From a virus (taxonomy: Duplodnaviria; Caudoviricetes): a DNA stretch of 43,885 bases. Each line of letters starts with the position of its first letter. Positions within the stretch are counted from its first letter, which is position 1. Position numbers and translations under genes: made by a program. Where the stretch lies: positions 1 through 43,885 of the IMG/VR virus record IMGVR_UViG_3300020138_000049. One strand, 5' to 3'. Under the pieces are notes generated by a model. The model made no database searches. It had not been told where the DNA came from and saw only the letters and a list, made by a program, of their open reading frames with translations. This document shows, one piece after another, positions 15,137 through 25,047 of the stretch.

Positions 15137-17457
15137 AAAAGACCCTGATGGCCATTGCCGTGTTGGCCGCTACCACTGCCCCCGCGCAGGCATCCGCGCG
15201 CCGGTGTGCGGCCTTTGCCGATGCCGACCGCACCGCCGCGAACCTGCCGGCCATCCGTCCGCTGATGGTGTTGCGCCCCGTTGCGGCCTCAAGCACCGAG
15301 TACGAATTGCTGGTGTACGGTGACATCGGTGATAGCTGGTGGGGAGAATCCGTCACCGCGCTCAGCGTGGTGCAGCAACTGCAGGCGCTGGACGCCGCCG
15401 TCACGCAGATCAACGTGCGCATCAACAGCTACGGCGGCAGCGTGAGCGATGGCATTGCCATCTACAACGCGCTCAAGCGCCACGGGGCGCGCAAGGTGGT
15501 CACCGTGGACGGCGTGGCCATGTCCAGCGCCAGCCTTATCGCCATGGCCGGCGACGAAGTGCAGATGCCAGCCACCTCGCTGCTGATGATCCATGCGCCG
15601 TGGGGCTATGCCCAGGGCAACGCGCAGGACATGCGCACCATGGCCGACGTGCTCGACACCTACGCATCCGCCATGGCCGGCGCCTACGCCACCAAATCCG
15701 GCCGCGACCGCGCCGACATGCTCGCGCTGCTGGCCGACGGCAAGGATCACTACTTCACCGGCGAGCAGGCCGTGGCCGAGGGCTTCGCTGACGCGTTGAT
15801 CGACGCCCTCGACGACACCGCCACCGACGATGACTCGCAGGCCCGTGCTGCTGGCGTCAATCGCCTGCTTGCTGGCGCGCCGGACCACATCCGCCAGATC
15901 GCCATGTCGGCGGCGGGCAAACACCCTCGTGCATTGCCTCGCGCCAGCAAGCCGCGCCTGGTCGTGCCCGAAGGCCTCGACCTCGAATCCCTGCAATCCG
16001 CGCTGGCATCCGCCAGCGGTCAGCGGGCGCTTGTCGCCGCCCTTACCACGGCCGCTTCGGCCAACGATGGAGACCTCACGATGAAAGTACGCAAGCTGTT
16101 CGCCGCCATGGCATCCCTGCGCGAAGCGGCCACCGATCCCGGTGATGGCAACCGCGGCGGTGGTGGCGCTCCCGCCCCGCAAGCCACGGCGGCGGAAGTG
16201 CACGCCGCGCTGCGCGCCCGCAACGACGAAATCACCGCCATGGTGACCCCGTACCTGCAGCGCGATGGCGTGCAGGCCATCTACACCTCCGCCCTGGCCG
16301 ATCCGTCCATGACCGTCGATCGCGTGCGCCAGCAGGTGCTGGACAAGATCGGCGCGCAGACCATGCCGATCGCCAACAATGCCAGCATCGAGATGGTCGC
16401 CGACGAGGCGGACAAGTTCCGCGCCGCCGGCGAAAACGCCATCCTGTCGCGTGCCGGCCTGGTGAAGGCCGACGGCCAGAATCCGATGCGTGGTTACCGC
16501 CTCATCGAGATCGCCCGCGCATCGCTCGAGCGCAGCACCGCCAGCAATGGTCGCAGCATGAGCTCCATGGATGTGGTGGCCACCGCGTTCACGACCACCA
16601 GCGATTTCCCCGCGTTGCTCACCAGCACCGCGCGCGCCTCGCTGCTGCGCGGTTACGACGAAGCACCCGAAACCTTCGACAAGTGGACGCGCCCCGGCAC
16701 GCTCACCGACTTCCGCGAGGCCAGCAAAGCCGGCCTGGGCTTCTTCTCGGATCTGGACAAGATCCCGGAGGATGGCGAATACAAGTACGGCACCTTCGGC
16801 CGCACCGGGCAGGCGATCGCGCTGGCCACCTACGGCAAGCTTTTCGCCATTAACCGCCAGGCCATCATCAACGACGACTTGGGTGCGTTCACCGCGGTGC
16901 CGCAAAAGATGGGCCGCGCCGCCAAGCGCACCATCGGCAACCTGGTGTACGCCATTCTCGTCAACAACCCGAAAATGGCCGACAACGTGGCGCTGTTCCA
17001 CGCCACCCACGGCAACCTCGCCACCGGCGCCGGCATCACCAGCGCCAGCGTGGGCGCGCTGCGCAAACTGATGATGGCGCAGAAGGTCGACGGCCAGCCG
17101 GTCAACATCCCGCTGCGCTACCTGATCGTGCCGCCGGATGAAGAGGACAACGCGATCCTGGTGCGCGACAACCAATTCGAGGTCAAAGCCGACGGCTCGG
17201 TCAGCAGCAACGCCAACACCCAGCGCAACCGCTTCGAAATCGTCAGCGATGGACGCCTGCCGTCCGGCGCGTGGTTCGGCAGCGCCGACCCGAACCTGTT
17301 CGACACCATCGAGGTGGCGTACCTCGACGGCGTGCAGCAGCCCTTCCTCGACCAAAAAGACGGCTGGACCGTGGACGGCACCGAATACAAAGTGCGCATC
17401 GACGCCGGCGTGGCGCCGCTCGACTACCGCGGCCTCGCGAAGAACCCGGGCCTGTAA
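15133..17457 (+). CDS. ClpP-like prohead protease / major capsid protein fusion, 774 aa
   Basis: VRINSYGGSV, VDGVAMSSAS, MIHAPW protease motifs; TTSDFP, EDGEYKYG, ATYGKLFAI.RQAIINDD capsid motifs. Confidence 0.92.
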   Translation: MKKTLMAIAVLAATTAPAQASARRCAAFADADRTAANLPAIRPLMVLRPVAASSTEYELLVYGDIGDSWWGESVTALSVVQQLQALDAAVTQINVRINSYGGSVSDGIAIYNALKRHGARKVVTVDGVAMSSASLIAMAGDEVQMPATSLLMIHAPWGYAQGNAQDMRTMADVLDTYASAMAGAYATKSGRDRADMLALLADGKDHYFTGEQAVAEGFADALIDALDDTATDDDSQARAAGVNRLLAGAPDHIRQIAMSAAGKHPRALPRASKPRLVVPEGLDLESLQSALASASGQRALVAALTTAASANDGDLTMKVRKLFAAMASLREAATDPGDGNRGGGGAPAPQATAAEVHAALRARNDEITAMVTPYLQRDGVQAIYTSALADPSMTVDRVRQQVLDKIGAQTMPIANNASIEMVADEADKFRAAGENAILSRAGLVKADGQNPMRGYRLIEIARASLERSTASNGRSMSSMDVVATAFTTTSDFPALLTSTARASLLRGYDEAPETFDKWTRPGTLTDFREASKAGLGFFSDLDKIPEDGEYKYGTFGRTGQAIALATYGKLFAINRQAIINDDLGAFTAVPQKMGRAAKRTIGNLVYAILVNNPKMADNVALFHATHGNLATGAGITSASVGALRKLMMAQKVDGQPVNIPLRYLIVPPDEEDNAILVRDNQFEVKADGSVSSNANTQRNRFEIVSDGRLPSGAWFGSADPNLFDTIEVAYLDGVQQPFLDQKDGWTVDGTEYKVRIDAGVAPLDYRGLAKNPGL

Positions 17458-17528
17458 CTCCCGCCACCTGACACCGCCGGCCCGCCGGCGCGTGTCACCA
17501 CATACCCCATCGCTACCGGAGACATCGC

Positions 17529-17885
17529 ATGACCACCAAGTATGTGCAAAAGGGCGAGATCATCGACTACACGCCTTCCACCTCCAAGGCCAGCAACGAC
17601 GTTGCCGTGCTCGGCATCCTGATCGGCGTCGTCTGCGCCGACATCGCCGCCAACGCCACCGGCGCACTGGCGATCGAAGGCGTGTTCGATCTGCCCAAAA
17701 AGGCCGGCAGCGCGATCACGGCCGGCGCCAAACTCACCTGGAGCGTCGGCGACAGCGCGTTCACCACCGGCGCCGGATCGACCGGTGACACGCTGGGCGG
17801 CGCCGTCGCCATCGCCGCGGCTGCCAGCGCCGACACCGTGGTGCGCGTGCTGTTGCTGCCCGGCACCGGCAGCACGGTGGCCTGA
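17529..17885 (+). CDS. Capsid cement/decoration protein (DUF2190 family), 118 aa
   Basis: YVQKGEIIDY, EGVFDLPK; follows the capsid gene; GGAGA RBS. Confidence 0.8.
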   Translation: MTTKYVQKGEIIDYTPSTSKASNDVAVLGILIGVVCADIAANATGALAIEGVFDLPKKAGSAITAGAKLTWSVGDSAFTTGAGSTGDTLGGAVAIAAAASADTVVRVLLLPGTGSTVA

Positions 17886-17888
17886 TCC

Positions 17889-18191
17889 ATGTCGCTCGAC
17901 GCATTCACCGCCGCGCACCGTGACCTGCTCGCCGCCCTCGGCGAGCCGGCCACATACATCTCCGCCGGCGGCGACATCATCGAGCTGCAGGCCATGCTGG
18001 ATCGCAATGCCGCCGAAATCGGCGAGTACGGCCAGACGGTGGCCACGCGCCCCGCCATCACCGTGCTCAATGCTGACGTCGAGCGGCCGGAGCAGGGCGA
18101 CCGCATCACCTTCGCCGCCAGCGCGTGGGAGGTGGTGCGCGTAGCCAACGCCGACGACATCGTCAGCGTCTTGTGGGTGTCGCCCGCATGA
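17889..18191 (+). CDS. Head-tail joining protein, 100 aa
   Basis: GEPATY...PEQGDRITF; synteny. Confidence 0.7.
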   Translation: MSLDAFTAAHRDLLAALGEPATYISAGGDIIELQAMLDRNAAEIGEYGQTVATRPAITVLNADVERPEQGDRITFAASAWEVVRVANADDIVSVLWVSPA

Positions 18192-18634
18192 TCGGCCTGC
18201 AACAGCACATCGACATGGTCAAGGGCTGGGTGCAGCAGGTGCGCCAGTCCAGCGGCTACGCCACCGACGTCGGCGCCAACGTCAGCACCGAGCGCGTGGC
18301 CGGCAACGGCGACGACAACAAGCTGCTGGTGGGCGTGTTCCTCGCCGACCTCACGCCGCTCAAGACCACCCCGCGGCGGCGCGATTGGCAGCCCGACATC
18401 GTCATCGAGGCGCGCATCCCGGTGCAGTTCAAAACCGCCGAGGCGCAAGCCATCGCAGTGCTTGAAGACCTGGTGCACTGCATCCCCACCGTCAAAACCA
18501 CCGCCGACGACAACCTGGCCACCTTGGAAATCGTCGGCACCGCCATCGATCGCCAGCCCGATGGCGTCCCGTACATCGTTGTAAGTGTGACCCTGCGGGC
18601 CACGTGCAACGAGTTCATTTCTCAGCCCGCGTAA
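18188..18634 (+). CDS. Tail terminator-like protein, 148 aa
   Basis: GYATDVG..V motif; precedes the tail tube gene; ATGA overlap. Confidence 0.65.
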   Translation: MIGLQQHIDMVKGWVQQVRQSSGYATDVGANVSTERVAGNGDDNKLLVGVFLADLTPLKTTPRRRDWQPDIVIEARIPVQFKTAEAQAIAVLEDLVHCIPTVKTTADDNLATLEIVGTAIDRQPDGVPYIVVSVTLRATCNEFISQPA

Positions 18635-18650
18635 TTCGGAGGATTCACCC

Positions 18651-19394
18651 ATGTCTGGTCTCTTGTGCTCGGGCAATGTGCGCATCGCACTGCTCAACGA
18701 CGACGGCACCAACAAAGGCTATCTGGGCCTGAAAAACACCGTCAAACTCGCCCTCAACCCCGGCGCCGTCAACTCGGTGGTGCGCGTATCCAAACAGATC
18801 GAAAGCTTCGGCCAGAACCTGGATACGGTGAACATCCCCGGCGGCCCCACGCTCAGCATCAGCGTGGACGACATCGACGCCGACACCGTGGGCATGGCCT
18901 TCCGCGGCGACGTGGTGGATCTGAGCCTGCCGGCCCTCACTGCGGCCGAATCCACCATCAGCGTTGTGCCCGGCCAGTGGTACGCCGTCGCCCCCAACGG
19001 CTACAAGATCGGCACGCTGGTGGTGAAGTCTGCCGATGGCGTCGACACCTTCGACGCCGGCACGGACTACAAGCTCGATGCCGACGGCGCCATGATCTAC
19101 ATCGAGCCCACCGGCGACATCGTGACCGGCACCATCGGCCTCACCGTCACCGCGCCGGCAGTCACCGGCAAGCGCGTCAACCCGGCCACCAAGGCCGCGC
19201 TGCGCATCGCCATCAGCGGCCGCATGAAGAACCTGGCCACCGGCAAATACATGCTGGTGAATGTGCCCGACGCCAGTGTGTCGCCCAGCGCCGATGTCGA
19301 TTTCCTCTCCGGCGACTTCGCCGTGAATGAAATGACCGGCCCCATCCGCACCGCATCGGGCGCGGCGCCGTTCACCGTCGATTTCCTCGACTGA
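18651..19394 (+). CDS. Major tail tube protein, 247 aa
   Basis: GGAGG RBS, beta-rich sequence, GTDYKLDADGAMIYI, downstream terminator. Confidence 0.78.
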   Translation: MSGLLCSGNVRIALLNDDGTNKGYLGLKNTVKLALNPGAVNSVVRVSKQIESFGQNLDTVNIPGGPTLSISVDDIDADTVGMAFRGDVVDLSLPALTAAESTISVVPGQWYAVAPNGYKIGTLVVKSADGVDTFDAGTDYKLDADGAMIYIEPTGDIVTGTIGLTVTAPAVTGKRVNPATKAALRIAISGRMKNLATGKYMLVNVPDASVSPSADVDFLSGDFAVNEMTGPIRTASGAAPFTVDFLD

Positions 19395-19419
19395 GCGGGC
19401 AGTGGAGTAGAAAGGAAAG

Positions 19420-19447
19420 GGCCGGCGCGCAATGCGCCGGCCTTTTT
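19420..19447 (+). terminator. Intrinsic terminator (probably bidirectional)
   Basis: GGCCGGCGC-gcaat-GCGCCGGCC then TTTTT; A-rich upstream; lies between convergent genes. Confidence 0.85.
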
Positions 19448-19457
19448 GTTTGGACGT

Positions 19458-19667
19458 CTACTTGCCGCGACGTGATTGCTCGCGGATCATCCTGCGCGCC
19501 CACACGGCCGCCTTCTCGCCAGTTTCCGCGAGGATGCCGGCGAGCATCTTCGTGTGCGCATCGTCGAGCGTGACAAAGAGCGTACCGGCGCGGCGCTGGC
19601 GTAGATCGCGCTGGCGGTCGGCGGCGGTGCGAGTGGCAAGAGGTACCGCTTCCGTTGTCCTGGTCAT
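19458..19667 (-). CDS. Small ribbon-helix-helix-like protein, 69 aa
   Basis: ADRQRDLRQRR, strand LFVTLD and two helices; ATGA overlap. Confidence 0.55.
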   Translation of the reverse strand: MTRTTEAVPLATRTAADRQRDLRQRRAGTLFVTLDDAHTKMLAGILAETGEKAAVWARRMIREQSRRGK

Positions 19668-20101
19668 GCGCGACCAGGGTGATGGGACACCCCACCTCCG
19701 CGCCTATTCTCGGCGACGGTTTCGGCAATCAGGTCCTCCTGCACGGCGTCTCGGGCGCCGCCGGCTGCCCGGTGGTGCTCGTACCAGGTGACGATCATCC
19801 CGGCTACGCGATCCTCGGGGGCATGGCGCAGGGTGGCCACGTCGATGCCGCTGGCCTCGCAGATCCGCTCGATCGGTGTCCAGTCGAAGCTCACGGCGCC
19901 GGTTGCAGGGTCGCGGGCCAAGTGCAGGTCGGCAAAATTGACGCCCTCGGGAATGGTGACCTTGACTGCTTGCGGCATGTGTTGCTCCACGGCGTTGACG
20001 ATCCAGTCGGTGAGCCGCATTCCGGCGGCGCGGCTTGCGCGAACCCAGCGGCCTTTTGTGGCCGCCGGTACCCGCAGGTGTATCAGCGAGTCGTTTTGCA
20101 T
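19664..20101 (-). CDS. Protein with N-terminal ribbon-helix-helix-like domain, 145 aa
   Basis: IHLRVPAATKGRWVRASRAAGMRLTDWIVNAV; TGATG overlap. Confidence 0.7.
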   Translation of the reverse strand: MQNDSLIHLRVPAATKGRWVRASRAAGMRLTDWIVNAVEQHMPQAVKVTIPEGVNFADLHLARDPATGAVSFDWTPIERICEASGIDVATLRHAPEDRVAGMIVTWYEHHRAAGGARDAVQEDLIAETVAENRRGGGVSHHPGRA

Positions 20102-20400
20102 CAGTCGATGCTTACGCCGATATGGCCATAGCCCACGGTGGTGCGGACGTCGACCGGCACGCGCAGGGCGCGGCAATAGCAGGCGGCCCACAATTTACGC
20201 AGGCGGGCCTTGTCTTCCGGGTGCGCCGAGTAGATCGCGTAGTCGATGGCTGTTTCCGCCGCGGTGTCGCCGCCCTGGGCGAGGTCGTAGCGCGTGGCAG
20301 GGGAAAAGCCTATGCCGTGGCGTGCAGCAAAGCGTTCAGCGGCCGCTTTCACGCGGGCTTTGTCTTCGGCTTCATAGGGGCGGATAACGGCGATGCTCAT
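20101..20400 (-). CDS. Hypothetical protein, 99 aa (first gene of a reverse-strand moron)
   Basis: AAGGAG RBS; has its own promoter. Confidence 0.7.
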   Translation of the reverse strand: MSIAVIRPYEAEDKARVKAAAERFAARHGIGFSPATRYDLAQGGDTAAETAIDYAIYSAHPEDKARLRKLWAACYCRALRVPVDVRTTVGYGHIGVSID

Positions 20401-20468
20401 GATGGTGCTCCTTGTCAGGATTCCCGGTGCCGCCGGGGCGGGGTGACCATTGCGGTGACCGTGGAGCT

Positions 20469-20497
20469 AGGTTAATGCGTGACTAGTCACACGTCAA
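20469..20497 (-). promoter_or_regulatory. Sigma70-type promoter with palindromic operator
   Basis: TTGACG-17bp-TAACCT on the minus strand; GTGACTAGTCAC palindrome at 20479-20490 in the spacer. Confidence 0.75.
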
Positions 20498-20539
20498 GCA
20501 TTTTCGCAAAATAATCGAAACGACGTGGTTCAGTAATTC

Positions 20540-20584
20540 AGTGCCATCCGTCCGGTAAACGTGGCACAGCGCGCGGGCGATGCT
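20540..20584 (+). promoter_or_regulatory. Late promoter motif, copy 2
   Basis: AGTGCCA-tccgtccggtaaacg-TGGCACA, 10 bp, GATGCT, ATG at 20592. Confidence 0.8.
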
Positions 20585-20591
20585 GGCAGGC

Positions 20592-21251
20592 ATGCCCAGT
20601 CGCCGCAATGTCGCTCTCAAGATCTACACCAACGGCCGCGCAGCCAATGACCTGTATGGGCTGGCGAAGCGCGTCGGCCAGCAGGTGTCGCGCATGTCGG
20701 TGGCGGCGCAACGTGCCCAGGCGTCGCTGGCGCGACGTGTGCAGCCGCTGGCGAAGCGCGAGATTCGCAACGTTTACGGCGTTAAGGCCAGCATCCTCAA
20801 CGGACGCATGCGGCTGGAATCGGGCGCGCGCGGCAAGGGCGATTTCCTGAGCCTGTGGGCCAGTACGCGGCGGGTGTCGTTGCTGGATTTTGGTGGGCGC
20901 TGGCGCGGCGTCAAGTCGCCCGGCGCCACGGCTTCCATCCTGCTCGGCACCCGCAAGACGTACGGCAGCGCGTTCATCGCCAACGTGGGCTGGCGAGGGG
21001 CCAGCGGCGGCGCCGTAAAGTCGGGCACGGCCAGTCGCGCCATCTACGTGCGCCAGCGTGGTCCGGATGGCAAGCGTTACGGCCGCGGCCCGCTGAAGCG
21101 GCTCTACGGCCCCAGCGTGTACGAGATGATCGGCACAAGCCCGAAGGCCCACTCGCGCGACACCGTGCGCGCGGCGCTTGTGCCGCAGCTGGAAAATTTC
21201 TACGTCTCCGAACTCACCCGCCAGCTTGCTCTGGAGCTTCGCCGTGGCTGA
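20592..21251 (+). CDS. Minor tail protein, lambda gpZ-like, 219 aa
   Basis: Basic protein with AKREIRNVYGVK, AFIA and LKRLYGPSV motifs. Confidence 0.7.
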   Translation: MPSRRNVALKIYTNGRAANDLYGLAKRVGQQVSRMSVAAQRAQASLARRVQPLAKREIRNVYGVKASILNGRMRLESGARGKGDFLSLWASTRRVSLLDFGGRWRGVKSPGATASILLGTRKTYGSAFIANVGWRGASGGAVKSGTASRAIYVRQRGPDGKRYGRGPLKRLYGPSVYEMIGTSPKAHSRDTVRAALVPQLENFYVSELTRQLALELRRG

Positions 21252-24200
21252 TATGAAATTTGAAGAGGTCATTCGCCTCGCGTTCGAAACCGCCGGCACG
21301 GAGGGCATCAAGCAAGCCGCCGCCGCCATCGCCGGCATGGGCGATGTGTCGGAGGAAGTGAAACAGCAAGCCGCTGGTCTGTTGGACGAGATCGGCAACG
21401 TGGAGAAAGCTGGCGCCGCCGCGCGGCAATACGAGCAAATTGGCAAGCAGCTGCTGGAGTACCAGCGCCAGATCAGCGCCGCGCGGGCCAAGGTGCTGGA
21501 GTTGGCCGCCGCGGTCAAAGAGTCCGACGCCCCAACAAAAGCCCAGCAGCGCGAGCTGGCCAAGGCCCGCGCAACGCTCAGTGACCTGGTGGGTGAGCAG
21601 CAGCGCGAGCTGGGCACGCTGCGTGAGCTGAAGGCCGGGCTCAATGAGCAGGGCGTCAGCACGCGCAACGCGGCGGCGGCGCAGAAAGACCTGGCCGGGC
21701 GCACGGCGGCGGCCAGCGCCAGCCTACGCGACATGGTGGGCGCGCTCAAGGCGCAGCGCACGGCGGATGCCGCCATGCAGGCCGAGTTGGCAGCGGCGGC
21801 CGGCAAATCGCGGGAAAAGACGGAGCAGTACGACGCCGCCCTGAAAAAGGTGCGCGCCCAGTTGGATGACAACAGAGCCGCCGCCAAGCAGGGCGGGGCC
21901 GAAACCGTCGCGAGCATGGAGACGACCACCTCGGCGGTCGGGCGGCTCAAGTCCGCACTGCTGGGCCTCACGGCCTATTTCTCGTTGCGTGGCGCCGTTG
22001 ATGGCGTCAAATCCTTGTTGGGCACGGGTGATCAGTTCGAGAAATTTGAAAAGCAGCTGAGCAACATGTACGGCAGCGCTGCAAAAGGCGCGGAGTCGTT
22101 CGCCTGGGTCAAGCAGTTTGCGAAAGACACCCCGCTGACCCTTGGCCAGGTGATGCAGTCGTTCATCCAGCTGAAGAATTTCGGCATCGACCCCATGGCC
22201 GGCACGTTGCAGGCGGCGGTGGATCAGAACGCCAAGCTGGGTGGCGAATCGGAGCGGTTGACCCGCATTACCCTGGCGATGGGGCAAGCCTTTGCCAAGG
22301 GCAAGCTGCAGGGCGACGACATCAAGCAGATGATCGAAGCCGGCGTTCCCGTGTGGGAGTTGTTGAGCGACGTCACCGGTAAGAACGTCCAGCAACTGCA
22401 AAAGATGTCCGAGGCGGGCGCGCTGGGCAAAGACGTCATGGAGGCGTTCTTTCGGCAGATGGGCGAGAGTTCTCTGGGGGCGGCCTCCGAACAAATGGAG
22501 ACGCTGAGCGGCCAGTTCAGCAACCTGCAGGACAATGTCGAGCAGTTCCAAGATCGCGTGGCCAAGAAAGGCGTACTTGATTATTTCAAGAATCAACTGG
22601 CGGATCTAAATAAAACGATCGGTGAAATGGCAAAGGATGGCCGCCTCGATCGGTATGCGAAGAGGATTTCAGATTCCATTATTGGCATTGCTCAAGCGGT
22701 AAAATCAGGTACTTCGTTCATTGTTGATCACGCATCGCAAATCAAGAAGCTTGCGCAGGCTTACATTGGCCTAAAGTTGGCCCGTGTTGCACTCGAGGTT
22801 ATTCAATTTACAGGGCGATTGGTAAAACTGACAACCGTCGCGAAGTTGGCAGCTCCAGCGGCCGAGGGTTTGAGCATAAGCATGGCCGTGCTGAGAGGCG
22901 CGGTCATTCTATTGTCTGGGCCAATTGGTTTAGTTATTGGTGGTTTAACGCTGTTTGCAACGACTGCGAAGCTCGCGGCTGACGCCATCGTCGACTATGC
23001 CTCACGGCACAACGAAGCCGCCGCGAAATTGGCGGAGGCAGACGAGAAATATAAAAAATCCATGGCCGCATTTGCGGAGCTTTATGGAAAGCGCGCCAAA
23101 GCGCTGGAGCAATACGCAAACGTTCACATCCTCGCCGCTGATCAGGTTGCGAAACTCTCAGAAGCGGAGCGCGAGGCATATAAAAAGGCGCTTGAGGGGC
23201 ACGAAGCTTACGTCAAGGCCCGTGAACACGAAGCACAACTGCTGATTGCTAGTGGCACCGCCAGTGAAGCGTGGGTAGGCTACCAAAAGGAAATGCAGGA
23301 TGAGCTTGCCAAAACGACGGCGGGCATAAGCGCGTTCTCCGCAGGGGCAAAGCAAGCGGCAGATGCAGCGTCCGCACATCTGAGTGTTGGCGCCGCGGCG
23401 ATAAAAGAGAGCCTAGGCAATGTTTCCGATAGCGCGGAACAGGCGGCAAGCAAATTGGCGGCCGCGTTTGATGACTTCGGGAAAAAATCCCCGGAAGAAA
23501 TCGGGAATATCGGTCTTGCGCTGGCGGGGCTTGCGGGCCAAGCTGGGCGAGCGGGCGAGGTCGTGCGCGATAATCTGCATAAGGCGCTAGCCGGGCTCAG
23601 TGGCGAAGACTTACTGAATTTTCAGACACAAAGCAGTCTCGCCTTCACTGCGTACAACACCAATGTGCGAGATGCGGCAGCCCTGACCGAGGCCACTCTG
23701 CAGGTGGCGCTCGAGCGTCTCGGTGTCTCTGCTGAGCAATGGGGTTTGAGGACCACCGATGCTGGGCAGCAGAACATTGCAATGTTCCAAACGGTGGCCA
23801 CGAATGCGGCGGCGACTGCCGATACCATTGAGGCAGCTTTCAACAAGGCGCTGGCCAACGCGACGACGGCGTCTGACGCCGAAGCGATCGGCGCCGCTAT
23901 GGCGGCGGCTGGTGAACAGGGAAGGGTCGGCTTTGATTCGACCCAGCGTGCTGTAGCTGCGGTCGAAAACCGCGTTCGCGCATTGAAGACTGCCCTTGAT
24001 CCGCTGGCCGATTCGTTCGCGTTGCTTGGGATCAAATCGCAGCGCGCCCTGGACGATGCAGCGGCAGCCGCGCGCACTGCGTTCGACAACATTGTGCAGG
24101 GCTCTAGGGACGGCGAAGCCAGCATGAACGATGTGCGTGCGGCCTTCGAAGGCTATGCGCGGGCGCAGCTCGATTCCGTTGCACATGCCGAGGTCTGGAA

Positions 24201-25047
24201 GCGCGAGCAGGTCAAAAATCAATTGGAGGTGCAAGCTAGCATCCTCGGTGTGTCCGACGAACTCGCTGCCATGGGGCTGGCGGGCATGGATGCAGGCGAC
24301 AAAGTGGCCCACGGCGCGCACGTCGCCTCGGACGGGCTGCGAGGCACGGCATCCGCCGCGCGTGAGGCGTCCGACGCCACCAGCAGGGCAGGCGATGACG
24401 CTGCCAGCTACGCAGAAAAGTCGGGCAGCGCGGCGAAGAAAACCGAAAAAGACTGGATAGCAACCGGCCAGCGCAGCAGCGCGGCGTTGAGCGGGCTTTC
24501 GGACACGTTCCTGAAGGCGCTGGCGTCGATGAATCAATACGCGTCCATGCCAACCATCTGGCGCAGAAAGTGGACGGAAACGGTCAACGAATGGCAGCGC
24601 GAAACCGATGCGCTCAACGAGCAGTTGGCCTTGCTCGACAAGCAAAACGCGAAATTCGATGAGCTGACCGCCCGCGTCGAAACGCTGCGCCAAACCTACA
24701 AGTACCTCAACGACGATCAGCTGCGCGCACTCGCCACTGCTGAGAAGCGGCTGGCCGACAACCAGAAGCGCGCCGAAGACGAAGCCCGGCAAAAAGCGAA
24801 AGACGCGCAGGAAAAAAACGCCGCCCAGAACGCCGCCGATACCGAACGCTGGAATAAGGAACTGGGGCGCGATGGCACGGCGCCAACGCCCGTGCCCGCC
24901 ACCCAGCGCATCGCGCTGGATCTGAACGTGAGCGCGAAACAGGTCGCCGGCGCGGTGCCGGCGCAGATCAGCCCCGTCGACGTGCAGCGCATTGCGAATG
25001 AAGTGGTGCGCGCCATCGGCATGTCCCGCACCGTGAGCAACCGCTGA
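21244..25047 (+). CDS. Tail tape measure protein (about 1265 aa; start 21244 GTG or 21253 ATG)
   Basis: Long Ala-rich helical protein; tape-measure domain FAKDTPL, AMGQAFAKGKLQGDDIKQMIEAGVP. Confidence 0.92.
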   Translation: MADMKFEEVIRLAFETAGTEGIKQAAAAIAGMGDVSEEVKQQAAGLLDEIGNVEKAGAAARQYEQIGKQLLEYQRQISAARAKVLELAAAVKESDAPTKAQQRELAKARATLSDLVGEQQRELGTLRELKAGLNEQGVSTRNAAAAQKDLAGRTAAASASLRDMVGALKAQRTADAAMQAELAAAAGKSREKTEQYDAALKKVRAQLDDNRAAAKQGGAETVASMETTTSAVGRLKSALLGLTAYFSLRGAVDGVKSLLGTGDQFEKFEKQLSNMYGSAAKGAESFAWVKQFAKDTPLTLGQVMQSFIQLKNFGIDPMAGTLQAAVDQNAKLGGESERLTRITLAMGQAFAKGKLQGDDIKQMIEAGVPVWELLSDVTGKNVQQLQKMSEAGALGKDVMEAFFRQMGESSLGAASEQMETLSGQFSNLQDNVEQFQDRVAKKGVLDYFKNQLADLNKTIGEMAKDGRLDRYAKRISDSIIGIAQAVKSGTSFIVDHASQIKKLAQAYIGLKLARVALEVIQFTGRLVKLTTVAKLAAPAAEGLSISMAVLRGAVILLSGPIGLVIGGLTLFATTAKLAADAIVDYASRHNEAAAKLAEADEKYKKSMAAFAELYGKRAKALEQYANVHILAADQVAKLSEAEREAYKKALEGHEAYVKAREHEAQLLIASGTASEAWVGYQKEMQDELAKTTAGISAFSAGAKQAADAASAHLSVGAAAIKESLGNVSDSAEQAASKLAAAFDDFGKKSPEEIGNIGLALAGLAGQAGRAGEVVRDNLHKALAGLSGEDLLNFQTQSSLAFTAYNTNVRDAAALTEATLQVALERLGVSAEQWGLRTTDAGQQNIAMFQTVATNAAATADTIEAAFNKALANATTASDAEAIGAAMAAAGEQGRVGFDSTQRAVAAVENRVRALKTALDPLADSFALLGIKSQRALDDAAAAARTAFDNIVQGSRDGEASMNDVRAAFEGYARAQLDSVAHAEVWKREQVKNQLEVQASILGVSDELAAMGLAGMDAGDKVAHGAHVASDGLRGTASAAREASDATSRAGDDAASYAEKSGSAAKKTEKDWIATGQRSSAALSGLSDTFLKALASMNQYASMPTIWRRKWTETVNEWQRETDALNEQLALLDKQNAKFDELTARVETLRQTYKYLNDDQLRALATAEKRLADNQKRAEDEARQKAKDAQEKNAAQNAADTERWNKELGRDGTAPTPVPATQRIALDLNVSAKQVAGAVPAQISPVDVQRIANEVVRAIGMSRTVSNR

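Noticed and set aside
10513-17355. Long antisense ORFs (e.g. 770, 598 and 688 aa, and similar ones elsewhere)
   Set aside because: Shadow frames of GC3-rich genes with no motifs or RBS
17469-17497. Hairpin after the capsid gene as a terminator
   Set aside because: No U-tract; at most an mRNA-stabilising stem
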